From assembly GCA_963611445.1 (NCBI GenBank), contig CAVDRT010000209.1:1-24826 (forward strand): a DNA stretch of 24,826 nt, in the 5' to 3' direction. The DNA comes from a bacterium. GTDB lineage: Bacteria > Bacillota > Clostridia > Oscillospirales > Acutalibacteraceae. Under the pieces are notes generated by a model. It had not been told where the DNA came from, did not search any database, and was given only the letters and a program-made list of their open reading frames with translations. How positions within the stretch are numbered: position 1 is the first letter of the stretch; each line of letters starts with the position of its first letter. Of this stretch, positions 8,085 to 16,339 are shown in pieces. The position numbers and the translations under genes were made by a program.

Positions 8085-8294
8085 TTATTCCTCCAAAAAT
8101 AATTTATATGTTTCAATTTCAAGTGCATCGGCGATACGCTGTATATTTTCAAGCGAAATACTGCGACGATAACACTCGATGGCACTTATATAGGTACGGT
8201 GCATGCCACACTTTTCGGCGAATGCTTCTTGAGATATTCCCATAGCTGTACGATATTTTTTTAGGTTATCACCAAATACTTTTATAATATCCAT
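8085..8294 (-). CDS. RM controller (C) protein
   Basis: 69-aa Xre HTH SQEAFAEKCGMHRTYISAIE..RRSISLENIQRIADAL, upstream of the REases with a C-box. Confidence 0.88.
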   Translation of the reverse strand: MDIIKVFGDNLKKYRTAMGISQEAFAEKCGMHRTYISAIECYRRSISLENIQRIADALEIETYKLFLEE

Positions 8295-8296
8295 AG

Positions 8297-8325
8297 TTGC
8301 AATCCTCCATATTTTATAGTATAAT
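8297..8325 (+). promoter_or_regulatory. Putative promoter of gajAB overlapping the divergent C-R promoter
   Basis: TTGCAA(8297)-N17-TATAAT(8320); - strand TATACT at 8323-8318. Confidence 0.65.
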
Positions 8326-8333
8326 CAAATTGA

Positions 8334-8360
8334 ATACAAAAAGTCTACATACAATAAGTA
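8334..8360 (-). promoter_or_regulatory. C-box (double operator)
   Basis: - strand TACT-TAT-TGTA-TGTA-GACT-TTT-TGTA follows the GACT-N3-AGTC-TGTA-GACT-N3-AGTC layout of PvuII-type C-boxes. Confidence 0.7.
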
Positions 8361-8380
8361 ACAATAGAGGTGGCTATCTT

Positions 8381-10021
8381 ATGTCAATTAAGAAAATTAA
8401 AATTAAAAATTTTAAATGCTTTAATGGTATATTTGAGCTTGAATTGAATAAAGGGTTAAACATTCTTGTAGGAAATAACGAAACAGGAAAATCGACAATT
8501 TTAGAAGCAATACACATAGCATTGACCGGATTTTACAGCGGAAGAAACATTAGAAATGAACTTTCACAGTATTTATTTAACAAGGATGTTGTGGATGCAT
8601 ATATTGGTTCTGTTAATAATGGTACTCCATTAGCGCCTCCTTCAATAAGTATAGAAGTGTTTTTTAATGATTCTATTGAACCGGAATATAGAGGAAATGA
8701 TAACTCAGAACGAATTGATTGTGAAGGTTTAAAGTTTGAAATTAAGTTTAATGAAAAATATAACAGCGAATATTCTATACTGATTGGTAAAAAGGATATG
8801 ATGAGCATACCAATTGAATATTATGAAGCTTCTTGGACATCGTTTGCTCGTCAGGCAATTACAATTAGAACTATTCCAATTAAATCGGCTATGATTGATT
8901 CGTCAAGTTATCGTTATCAAAATGGTTCAGATGTTTATATTTCGAGAATTGTAAAGGATTTACTCTCGCCTGAAGAAGTGACAGCTGTTTCTCAAGCACA
9001 CAGAAAAATGAAAGATGCGTTTATTGACGATGTCTCTATTAAAGCAATCAATGCAAGAATTCGTTCACAATCATCAATTGTTGATGGAAAGGTTTCTTTG
9101 ACAGTAGACTTAGGAACAAAGAATGCATGGGAAAGTAGTTTGGTTACACAATTAAATGATATTCCTTTTGGATACATTGGCAAAGGTGCCCAATGCGTAA
9201 TGAAAACAGAGTTAGCCTTGACGCATAAAAGCGCAAAACAAGCTCAAATAGTCCTCCTTGAAGAACCCGAGAGCCATTTGTCTTTTTCGAAATTAAATCA
9301 ACTGATAAAGGCTATCGAAGAAAAATATGACGGGAAACAAATAATCATTTCAACACATAGCAGTTTTGTCGCTAATAAACTCGGCCTACAAAATTTATTA
9401 CTTCTTAATAATCATAAAGTCACTAAAATAACAGAACTTGCATCAGCGGATTTTTTTAAAAAAATAGCTGGATATGATACATTAAGGCTTATTCTGTGTA
9501 AAAAGGCTATATTGGTAGAAGGCGATTCTGATGAACTCATAGTTCAAAAAGCATATATGAAACAAAATGATAACAGACTTCCTATTGAAGATCAAATCGA
9601 TGTGATTTCAGTGGGCATATCTTTTTTGAGATTTTTAGAATTGGCAGATGCATTGAACTTGAATGTGGCTGTTGTAACTGATAATGATGGAGATATAGAT
9701 GCCCTTGCGAGGAAATATGCAAATTACATAAAAGATAATAAAAAGGACAATATTAAAATTTGTTATGACGATGTTGTAGACTGTGGGGATTTGAGCATAA
9801 ATGGTAAACCTTATAATTACAATACCCTTGAGCCTAAGTTGTTAAAAGCAAACGGGAATGACATCTCGTTATTTAATAAAATTCTTGGTACAAAATTTGA
9901 TACCATTGAAGATCTTCAAAAATTTATGAAAAGCAATAAAACAGAATCTGCATTAAGTGTTTTTGAAACTAACGAGGATTTGGAGTTTCCTAATTATATT
10001 TTGGAGGCAATAAAAGAATGA
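8381..10021 (+). CDS. gajA: OLD-family ABC-ATPase/TOPRIM nuclease (Gabija GajA-like)
   Basis: Walker A GNNETGKST, Walker B LLEEPESHL, STHS, TOPRIM LVEGDSD and TDND; GAGGTG RBS before ATG 8381. Confidence 0.88.
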   Translation: MSIKKIKIKNFKCFNGIFELELNKGLNILVGNNETGKSTILEAIHIALTGFYSGRNIRNELSQYLFNKDVVDAYIGSVNNGTPLAPPSISIEVFFNDSIEPEYRGNDNSERIDCEGLKFEIKFNEKYNSEYSILIGKKDMMSIPIEYYEASWTSFARQAITIRTIPIKSAMIDSSSYRYQNGSDVYISRIVKDLLSPEEVTAVSQAHRKMKDAFIDDVSIKAINARIRSQSSIVDGKVSLTVDLGTKNAWESSLVTQLNDIPFGYIGKGAQCVMKTELALTHKSAKQAQIVLLEEPESHLSFSKLNQLIKAIEEKYDGKQIIISTHSSFVANKLGLQNLLLLNNHKVTKITELASADFFKKIAGYDTLRLILCKKAILVEGDSDELIVQKAYMKQNDNRLPIEDQIDVISVGISFLRFLELADALNLNVAVVTDNDGDIDALARKYANYIKDNKKDNIKICYDDVVDCGDLSINGKPYNYNTLEPKLLKANGNDISLFNKILGTKFDTIEDLQKFMKSNKTESALSVFETNEDLEFPNYILEAIKE

Positions 10022-11154
10022 ATAATAAGTTAATTGTTGCAGCTGCCGGGTCTGGGAAAACAACACATCTCGTTAAGGAAGCTTTGAAAATTTCTAAAGG
10101 TAAAGTACTTATTACAACTTATACTGACGCAAATGAAAAGGAAATTATAAAGAAGTTTTATGAGATAAATGGCTGTATTCCAGAAAATATTACAGTAAAA
10201 ACATGGTTTTCTTTTCTAATACAGCATGGTGTTAAACCATATCAGAGTGTTCTTTATGACTGCGAAGTGAAAGGGTTGCTCTTAGTTAATGCAAAATCTG
10301 GATTTCGTTATAAGCCCAAAGTTGGCAATCCAGTTTATTATGGCGAAGATGATGTAAAGCACTATTATTTTAGTGACACAGGATATATATATTCTGACAA
10401 GCTATCAAAATTCGTTGTTAAAATTGATGAATTGACTGATGGACTTATTATTAAGAGAATGGAAAAAATATATACACATATTTTTATAGATGAAGTTCAA
10501 GATATGGCGGGATATGATTTGGAGATAATGAGACTATTATTTAATTCGTCTTTAAATATATTGTTGGTTGGTGATCCGCGTCAAGTAACCTATCATACTC
10601 ACGATGAGGCTAAATATAAAAAGTATTTGAATGGTGGGATTGTTGATTTTATAAAAAGTGAATGCCAAAAATATACGGTTGTTATAGATGATACATCACT
10701 TAATATAACTTATAGAAATAATAAAGGTATTTGTGATTTTGCAAATTCAATTTATAGCGAGTACCGTCCATGTAAATGTAAAGGGCACAAGCCTACTGGT
10801 CATGATGGTGTATTTTTTGTTTCATCAGATGATGTTGCTACATATCTCTCACTTTATAATCCTATGCAATTGCGTGATTCAAAAAGGACACCTGTAAATG
10901 AAGATTATCCAGTGAAAAATCTTGGCGACTCAAAAGGACTGACTTTTGACAGGGTTTTAATTTACCCTACAGCTAAAATGCTTGATTGGATATTGGATAA
11001 TAAAAAAGAATTGAAGCCACAAAGCAAAGCAAAATTTTATGTAGGTGTTACTCGAGCCAAATATAGTGTAGCTATTGTATTTAATAATAAAAAAGGTACT
11101 GTGGTCAACGGAATAACGAATTTTTCTCTTGAAAAATATGATAAGCAGCTGTAA
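10018..11154 (+). CDS. gajB: Short UvrD-like SF1 helicase (Gabija GajB-like)
   Basis: AAAGSGKT, DEVQD, VGDPRQ, SKGLTFD, YVGVTRAK; ATGA overlap with the OLD nuclease. Confidence 0.86.
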   Translation: MNNKLIVAAAGSGKTTHLVKEALKISKGKVLITTYTDANEKEIIKKFYEINGCIPENITVKTWFSFLIQHGVKPYQSVLYDCEVKGLLLVNAKSGFRYKPKVGNPVYYGEDDVKHYYFSDTGYIYSDKLSKFVVKIDELTDGLIIKRMEKIYTHIFIDEVQDMAGYDLEIMRLLFNSSLNILLVGDPRQVTYHTHDEAKYKKYLNGGIVDFIKSECQKYTVVIDDTSLNITYRNNKGICDFANSIYSEYRPCKCKGHKPTGHDGVFFVSSDDVATYLSLYNPMQLRDSKRTPVNEDYPVKNLGDSKGLTFDRVLIYPTAKMLDWILDNKKELKPQSKAKFYVGVTRAKYSVAIVFNNKKGTVVNGITNFSLEKYDKQL

Positions 11155-11200
11155 GAGTTTTTCAAACTGATTTATTGTCCTTTAAGTATATATTAATTTG

Positions 11201-11233
11201 TGATAGCATCCAAGTGATAGCTATTTGATAGCA
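11201..11233 (+). promoter_or_regulatory. Putative arm-type sites TGATAGC x3 (attR of element 1)
   Basis: Copies at 11201, 11215, 11226. Confidence 0.75.
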
Positions 11234-11335
11234 AAAGCAGAAATGCCTTATAGAATTGAGATAATCTGTACCAAATTAAAGCACATCAAGTCAAAACTCC
11301 TAAGCAAAAACAGTTAAAATCTGTTTTACACTTAG

Positions 11336-11350
11336 GAGTGGGAATAATAC
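11336..11350 (+). repeat. att core copy 2 (junction of elements 1 and 2)
   Basis: GAGTGGGAATAATAC. Confidence 0.9.
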
Positions 11351-11406
11351 CCGAAAGGCTGAAAAGCCTTGAAAATGCTGGACTTTTGCATCACGGAATT
11401 GCCCCG

Positions 11407-11425
11407 TGACAACAAAATGACAACA
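11407..11425 (+). promoter_or_regulatory. Putative arm-type sites TGACAACA x2 (attL of element 2)
   Basis: Copies at 11407 and 11418, 71 bp from the core as in element 1. Confidence 0.75.
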
Positions 11426-11445
11426 TTTTTAGATTATCCAAGAAT

Positions 11446-11490
11446 AAAGAGCTATCTGATTTCTGTTAGAGAAGTCAGATAGCTCTTTTT
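11446..11490. terminator. Bidirectional intrinsic terminator
   Basis: AAAGAGCTATCTGATTTCT-loop-AGAAGTCAGATAGCTCTTTTT. Confidence 0.88.
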
Positions 11491-11503
11491 GTTTTGCTCA
11501 GAT

Positions 11504-12034
11504 TTAGTCGTTCTTTAGTCGGTCTTTGAAAGCCTCCACCATCGCATCGCTGAGCTGCTGGGACGGGACTTTTACATAGCCTGAGGTTTCATCGAAATGT
11601 GGATAGTTATAACGCCACTTGTCGTAGTCCTCTCGGTTGATTTCACCGCTGCGGAGCTTTACCGCCTGCTGTGCCCACGAAGAAAGCATTGTAGAAACCT
11701 CGGCGGCATCCTTCCCTTTTCGGGGGTCAACACGCAGTGAAACGCCATTCTCGCCAATTTCCACCGTCAGGCCATATCGATCCTCTAATGTAAACAGCGT
11801 GTGCATCAAGCCGAGATAGCTGTCAATATCGGGTACAGATAAAGCCAGCGGCGACACACCCAGCGCACCGGCAAGGCTCTCCGTCAAATCCGCCTTAGGC
11901 GTTCTGCTGCCGGATTCATACTGTGCCATACGGATGTCGGCGGTCTTTTCAGGAAAACCGACTACCTGCCCCAAGTATTTTTGTGTCATTCCCCGCAGAT
12001 TGCGGAAAAAGCGAATTCTCTCACCGATTGCCAT
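11504..12034 (-). CDS. Xre/HTH repressor of element 2
   Basis: MAIGERIRFFRNLRGMTQKYLG..., near-identical HTH to 2183-2653; AAGGAG RBS supports ATG 12034. Confidence 0.92.
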   Translation of the reverse strand: MAIGERIRFFRNLRGMTQKYLGQVVGFPEKTADIRMAQYESGSRTPKADLTESLAGALGVSPLALSVPDIDSYLGLMHTLFTLEDRYGLTVEIGENGVSLRVDPRKGKDAAEVSTMLSSWAQQAVKLRSGEINREDYDKWRYNYPHFDETSGYVKVPSQQLSDAMVEAFKDRLKND

Positions 12035-12069
12035 AGCGATTACGCTCCTTGTTTTTATACTGCGCAATC

Positions 12070-12189
12070 AGTATAGCATATATATTTAAGTGTCGTCAAG
12101 GTGCCACTAGCAAAAAAGTTTAATCTTTTTCAAAAGCCTATTGACATAACGGAATATGTTTAATATAATAGTTAAGCAAATAGCGTTAA
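12070..12189. promoter_or_regulatory. Divergent promoter switch of element 2
   Basis: TTGACA(12141)-N17-TATAAT(12164); - strand TTGACG...TATACT; WAGCA-N7-TTAA at 12074, 12108, 12174. Confidence 0.82.
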
Positions 12190-12281
12190 GCTGCTTGCTC
12201 ACAACTGAATAACCGTCTTGCGTCACGGTAATGGCGTAACCGCTCGGGCAAATCGGAATGCGGCCAGAAAGTTCTCCGACA
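12176..12281 (+). ncRNA. Candidate structured leader, copy 2
   Basis: Homologue of 2791-2895 with the same stems. Confidence 0.45.
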
Positions 12282-12289
12282 CTAAATAA

Positions 12290-12967
12290 GGCTTTAAGGG
12301 TGGAACCCGTGGTGCTACCGAGTGGGCACAGTGGGTACAGTCCGAAAAAGAGCAGCTGGCTGCCGTGATGGAGCGGTATGACATCCAGTGGGAGCAGAAA
12401 GGCACCCACGAAAAGCATCTCTCCGTTCTGAACTACAAAAAGCAGGAACGGGAGAAAGAGATTGCTGCATTGGATACCACGCTAGCCGAAAAACAGGACG
12501 AGCTGGAAACGGTGCAAAGTCGGATTGACAACTTCGATCAGGGTGTGCAGTCCATCGAGCGATTAGAGAAACGAATTGAGACGGACAGTGAGTTTCAGCT
12601 TCCCGATCCGCCCACGCTGATGACCGCCAAGACCTACAAACAGCGGTTTGTTGACCCACTCATTAAGAAACTGAAAGAAGTTATCCGAGAGGTGTTCTAT
12701 CACTACTATCAGGCACTAGACAGCTACCACCGGCTGAACAACGCCAACGGGCGGCTTTACCGGGAAAACGAGCATCTGACCGCAACCAATGACCGGCTCA
12801 CAGAGGAAAACAACACCCTGCACTCCGAATTGAAGGATTTCCACTTTCTGTGGAAGGTTCTTGGCAGCCGGCAGATCGATAATCTGATTGCACAGGCAAA
12901 AGATATGGAGCAGCAGCGAAAGCAAACCCAGCGCACAAGGCGCAGAAATACAAATTTTGAAAGGTAG
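12290..12967 (+). pseudogene. C-terminal half of a MobV/Pre-type mobilisation protein
   Basis: Frame opens abruptly after TAA 12287: GFKGGTRGATEWAQWVQSEKEQLAAVM...EKHLSVLNYKKQER then coiled coil; no RBS or His-motif relaxase domain. Confidence 0.78.
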
Positions 12968-12976
12968 GAACAGACA

Positions 12977-13351
12977 ATGGCAAAGACGATTTTTGAGGAA
13001 ATGGGCGGTACTTACACACAGGTCGGGGATTATCTTCTTCCTGATTTGAAACTGCCCGAAGAAGAACAGCAGCCCATCGGCGTATGGGGACAACGCCACC
13101 GGCGTTACCTGAAGGAGCATCGACGGGCAACCTATACGACTCTACTCACCAGCGGAAAATTGAACAGCTACCTTGCCAACATCGACCGTCAGGCAGAGGA
13201 AATGTTTCTTCGGTTGGTAAAACAGATTGCAGCATTCGAAGGTATCACGGAGAAGCTGAAAGCCACCGCCCCGATGGAGTGGGTCGGCAGGATGAATAAC
13301 ATCCGAAATAGGGCGATGGAGATCGTAAATAGCGAGTTGATTTATGTATAA
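12977..13351 (+). CDS. tnpV: TnpV family protein
   Basis: GGTYTQVGDYLLPDL, GVWGQRHRRYLKEH, LLTSGKLNSYL, WVGRMNNIRNRA. Confidence 0.92.
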   Translation: MAKTIFEEMGGTYTQVGDYLLPDLKLPEEEQQPIGVWGQRHRRYLKEHRRATYTTLLTSGKLNSYLANIDRQAEEMFLRLVKQIAAFEGITEKLKATAPMEWVGRMNNIRNRAMEIVNSELIYV

Positions 13352-13358
13352 GTATTTA

Positions 13359-13392
13359 GTGGCGGCAAGAATTTTCTTGCCGCCACCTTTTT
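13359..13392 (+). terminator. Intrinsic terminator after tnpV
   Basis: GTGGCGGCAAGA...TCTTGCCGCCAC followed by a T tract. Confidence 0.85.
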
Positions 13393-13428
13393 GCGTATGA
13401 GATATTCTAACGAAATCGTGAGATGCGC

Positions 13429-13457
13429 TTGATTTTTCGCCTTTTATCTGCTATAAT
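13429..13457 (+). promoter_or_regulatory. Sigma-A promoter of the element 2 RM operon
   Basis: TTGATT-N17-TATAAT with extended TG. Confidence 0.75.
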
Positions 13458-13508
13458 AAGATAAACCAAGCTTGTGTTTTATGAGTTTAGTGACTGGAGG
13501 CCTACACT

Positions 13509-14738
13509 GTGGCGGTTTGTTATAATAATCTTTGGAAGTTGCTTATTGACCGTGATATGAATAAAACCGAGTTGAAAGAAGCAGCTGGAGTTAGTTTCAA
13601 TGTTATGGCTCGTATGGGCAAAAATGAGCCGGTTTCTTTTGAAAGTATAGAAAAAATTTGTATAGCTCTGCAGTGTAATATTGGTGATATAATGGCGTTT
13701 TCTGAGGATATGCCACCGGCCGAAACAAAGAAATTTTCTACAATAGAGCTTTTTGCTGGAGCTGGAGGACTTGCTCTTGGCATCGAAGAAGCGGGATTTC
13801 AGACTTTAGGACTGATAGAATTTGATAAGGATGCCGCCGATACCTTAAAATGCAATCGTCCAAATTGGCGAGTTATCAATGATGATATTGCTAACATTTC
13901 CTGCCTTGATTTGCAAGAATATTTCGGGCTGCAAAAAGGTGAACTTGATTTGTTGTCCGGCGGTGCACCTTGCCAGAGTTTTTCTTATGCGGGAAAGAGA
14001 TTAGGGCTTGAAGATGCTCGTGGCACATTGTTTTATCACTATGCAAAGTTTTTAGAGCAATTACAACCTAAAATGTTTTTGTTTGAAAATGTAAGAGGAC
14101 TTCTCACTCACGACAAAGGACGTACATACAAGACTATTACTGACATCTTTGAAAGTACCGGGTATACCATTCAGAAAAAAGTGCTGAATGCTTGGGACTA
14201 TGGCGTGGCACAGAAGCGTGAGCGTTTAATTACAATCGGGATTCGAAATGATTTAGCAGACCGAATTTCTTTTGAATTTCCCGCCCCTCATAAATATAAA
14301 CCTATTCTGCGTGATATTCTTCTTGATTGCCCTAAAAGCGAAGGCACACCGTATTCAGATTACAAAAAGAAAATTTTCGAACTTGTTCCACCGGGTGGAT
14401 ATTGGAGAGATATTCCCGAAGATATTGCCAAAGAATATATGAAAAGCTGTTGGTATATGGAAGGTGGCAGAACCGGCATTCTGAGAAGGCTGAGCCTTGA
14501 TGAACCTTCTCTTACAGTACTAACTTCACCAAGCCAAAAGCAAACAGATCGTTGCCACCCTTTGGAGGCCAGACCTTTTACAATACGGGAAAATGCTCGT
14601 TGTCAGAGTTTTCCTGACGATTGGCAGTTCTGTGGCAGCATAGGTTCCCAATATAAGCAGGTTGGTAATGCAGTTCCGGTAAACTTGGCATTTGACATCG
14701 GCAAAAAAATAAAGGAAGCATTGGAGGGTTTGCAATAA
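13509..14738 (+). CDS. N-terminal HTH-fused C5 methyltransferase, Eco47II/Sau96I-like (probable GGNCC)
   Basis: Cro/C1 HTH (YNNLWKLLIDRDMNKTEL...IEKICIALQCNIGDI), then LFAGAGG, GAPCQ, ENV, QKRER, QVGNAV; GTG start with GGAGG. Confidence 0.93.
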   Translation: MAVCYNNLWKLLIDRDMNKTELKEAAGVSFNVMARMGKNEPVSFESIEKICIALQCNIGDIMAFSEDMPPAETKKFSTIELFAGAGGLALGIEEAGFQTLGLIEFDKDAADTLKCNRPNWRVINDDIANISCLDLQEYFGLQKGELDLLSGGAPCQSFSYAGKRLGLEDARGTLFYHYAKFLEQLQPKMFLFENVRGLLTHDKGRTYKTITDIFESTGYTIQKKVLNAWDYGVAQKRERLITIGIRNDLADRISFEFPAPHKYKPILRDILLDCPKSEGTPYSDYKKKIFELVPPGGYWRDIPEDIAKEYMKSCWYMEGGRTGILRRLSLDEPSLTVLTSPSQKQTDRCHPLEARPFTIRENARCQSFPDDWQFCGSIGSQYKQVGNAVPVNLAFDIGKKIKEALEGLQ

Positions 14739-15550
14739 TGTGGAATTTGAGCTTTATTTCAGAGCAGGATTTTACAGAACACGTTAAGGCTACCATTGAA
14801 AAATACGGAGAGAAATTGGAGTCTTTTGATCTTAAAAGATTCAATAAAAACATCATTGATCCCATTAAGCTGATTTTCGATAAAACGGTTTATCATTCCT
14901 CTTGGGACGAGATCGTGAGCAACGAAATTTTCAGACAGCGTGACAAATCTAATAATAATGACATCGGATATTTCCATCAGCGTATTTTTCAGTACATAGT
15001 AAATTGCCACGTTCCACCGAACGGAGAAGAAGGTGGATGGGATGTGATTTACGAAAATGCAGATGGCATTTCTATTCCTGATGCAGGAAGCGTTCATAAA
15101 GTGTATGTTGAGATGAAAAACAAGCATAACACAATGAACTCTGCTTCGGCAGGGAAGACATTCATTAAGATGCAAAACCAGCTACTTACCGACGATGATT
15201 GTGCTTGTTTCTTGGTAGAAGCTATCGCCCAACGATCACAGAATATAAAATGGGAAACGACGGTTGATAAGCGTAAAGTTGGACATAAGCTGATTCGCAG
15301 AGTCAGTCTTGACCAGTTTTATGCTCTTGTAACCGGACAAGATGATGCATTTTATCAAATGTGTATGGTTCTTCCTTCGGTTATCGAAAAAGCGGTCGAA
15401 GATCTCGATGGTACACTTGTCCCGCACGATACTGTTATCGACGAACTGAGGGAACTGGCATCAAAACAAAACATCGAATCTGAAGACTTGGCAATAGCAA
15501 TGGCGGCTTATATGCTCGGATTTGGTAGCTATAAGGGGTTTGCAAAGTGA
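14738..15550 (+). CDS. Eco47II-family type II restriction endonuclease
   Basis: IDPIKLIFD, RQRDKSNNNDIGYFHQ, EMKNKHNTMNS; TAATG coupling to the MTase. Confidence 0.85.
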   Translation: MWNLSFISEQDFTEHVKATIEKYGEKLESFDLKRFNKNIIDPIKLIFDKTVYHSSWDEIVSNEIFRQRDKSNNNDIGYFHQRIFQYIVNCHVPPNGEEGGWDVIYENADGISIPDAGSVHKVYVEMKNKHNTMNSASAGKTFIKMQNQLLTDDDCACFLVEAIAQRSQNIKWETTVDKRKVGHKLIRRVSLDQFYALVTGQDDAFYQMCMVLPSVIEKAVEDLDGTLVPHDTVIDELRELASKQNIESEDLAIAMAAYMLGFGSYKGFAK

Positions 15551-15601
15551 TTTTCCGCATTCCTTTTACAAGCGTCAGGTCGTAATAAAAGGAGTAGAGA
15601 A

Positions 15602-16339
15602 ATGCAAATATTGGAGTTTATAGAAAAAACCGATTTATCCAAACAAAGCGAATGCGAAAAAGCCAAACTCCTTTGCTTTTATCATTACAAGGAAACTGGG
15701 GAATCTGTTTTTTCTATGCCATTAATATCTGACTTGTTTATCCAGTGTGCCTTTAACACTCCTAATAGTTCAAGATTAAAAGGAAAATTGACAAGAGGAA
15801 AAGAAAAAGCTTTCATTAATTCTAAAGGACAGGCCACAACAATAGAGTTCGTACCTGCAATCTTGCAAAGTATGGAAAAAACGCAAGGAGCATTATGGGA
15901 AGATTATACTACGATTGAATCCGATAGTGAGTTGATTGACGAAAAAAAGTTTATTGGGAAAAGGAACTACTTGGATCGACTCATTCAACAGATAAATTGT
16001 TCGTATGCCAGCAATTGCTATGATGCCGCAGCAGTTTTGATGCGCAGATTGTTCGAGGTGCTGCTTGTTCTGTCATATCAACATTTTGGGATAGATGATC
16101 GGATAAAGGACTCATCAGGAAAAGGCTATATTATGCTTGAAGGTATTGTAAAAGATGCTAAGAATAATTCGACACTTAAGCTCTCGAGAACAAAAAACGA
16201 ATTCGATACATTCCGTATGGTCGGAAATTTTTCAGCGCACAACATTACATATACTGCAGGAAAAAAGGATATTGATGATATAAAAATCAACTATCGAGTT
16301 ATGCTCGAAGAATTATATAATAAGGCAGGGCTGTTTTAA
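15602..16339 (+). CDS. DUF4145/HEPN-domain protein with N-terminal helical/wHTH-like region
   Basis: YDAAAVLMRRLFEVLL and R..GN..AH (RMVGNFSAH); AAAGGAG RBS. Confidence 0.75.
   Translation: MQILEFIEKTDLSKQSECEKAKLLCFYHYKETGESVFSMPLISDLFIQCAFNTPNSSRLKGKLTRGKEKAFINSKGQATTIEFVPAILQSMEKTQGALWEDYTTIESDSELIDEKKFIGKRNYLDRLIQQINCSYASNCYDAAAVLMRRLFEVLLVLSYQHFGIDDRIKDSSGKGYIMLEGIVKDAKNNSTLKLSRTKNEFDTFRMVGNFSAHNITYTAGKKDIDDIKINYRVMLEELYNKAGLF

Larger units (their letters stand above)
1370..11350. mobile_element. Defective guaA-targeting integrative (IME-like) element 1 carrying RM and Gabija
   Basis: Bounded by att core GAGTGGGARTAATA (1370 and 11336) with TGATAGC arm repeats at both ends. Contains xre, xis, truncated integrase, mob remnant, tnpV and AT-rich cargo. 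Confidence 0.9.

Noticed and set aside
8297..8380. Upstream starts in the ORF track (8297 for gajA; likewise 4121, 12067, 18144)
   Set aside because: No RBS and they overlap promoters or leaders; downstream ATGs with good RBSs were used instead.
11201..11425. Short repeats as a possible CRISPR array or iterons
   Set aside because: Only 7-8 bp, no spacers, no cas genes; position relative to the att cores fits arm-type sites.
12107..13299. Small overlapping ORFs around the mob remnant and tnpV
   Set aside because: Shadows of the + strand genes and the regulatory region, with no independent evidence.
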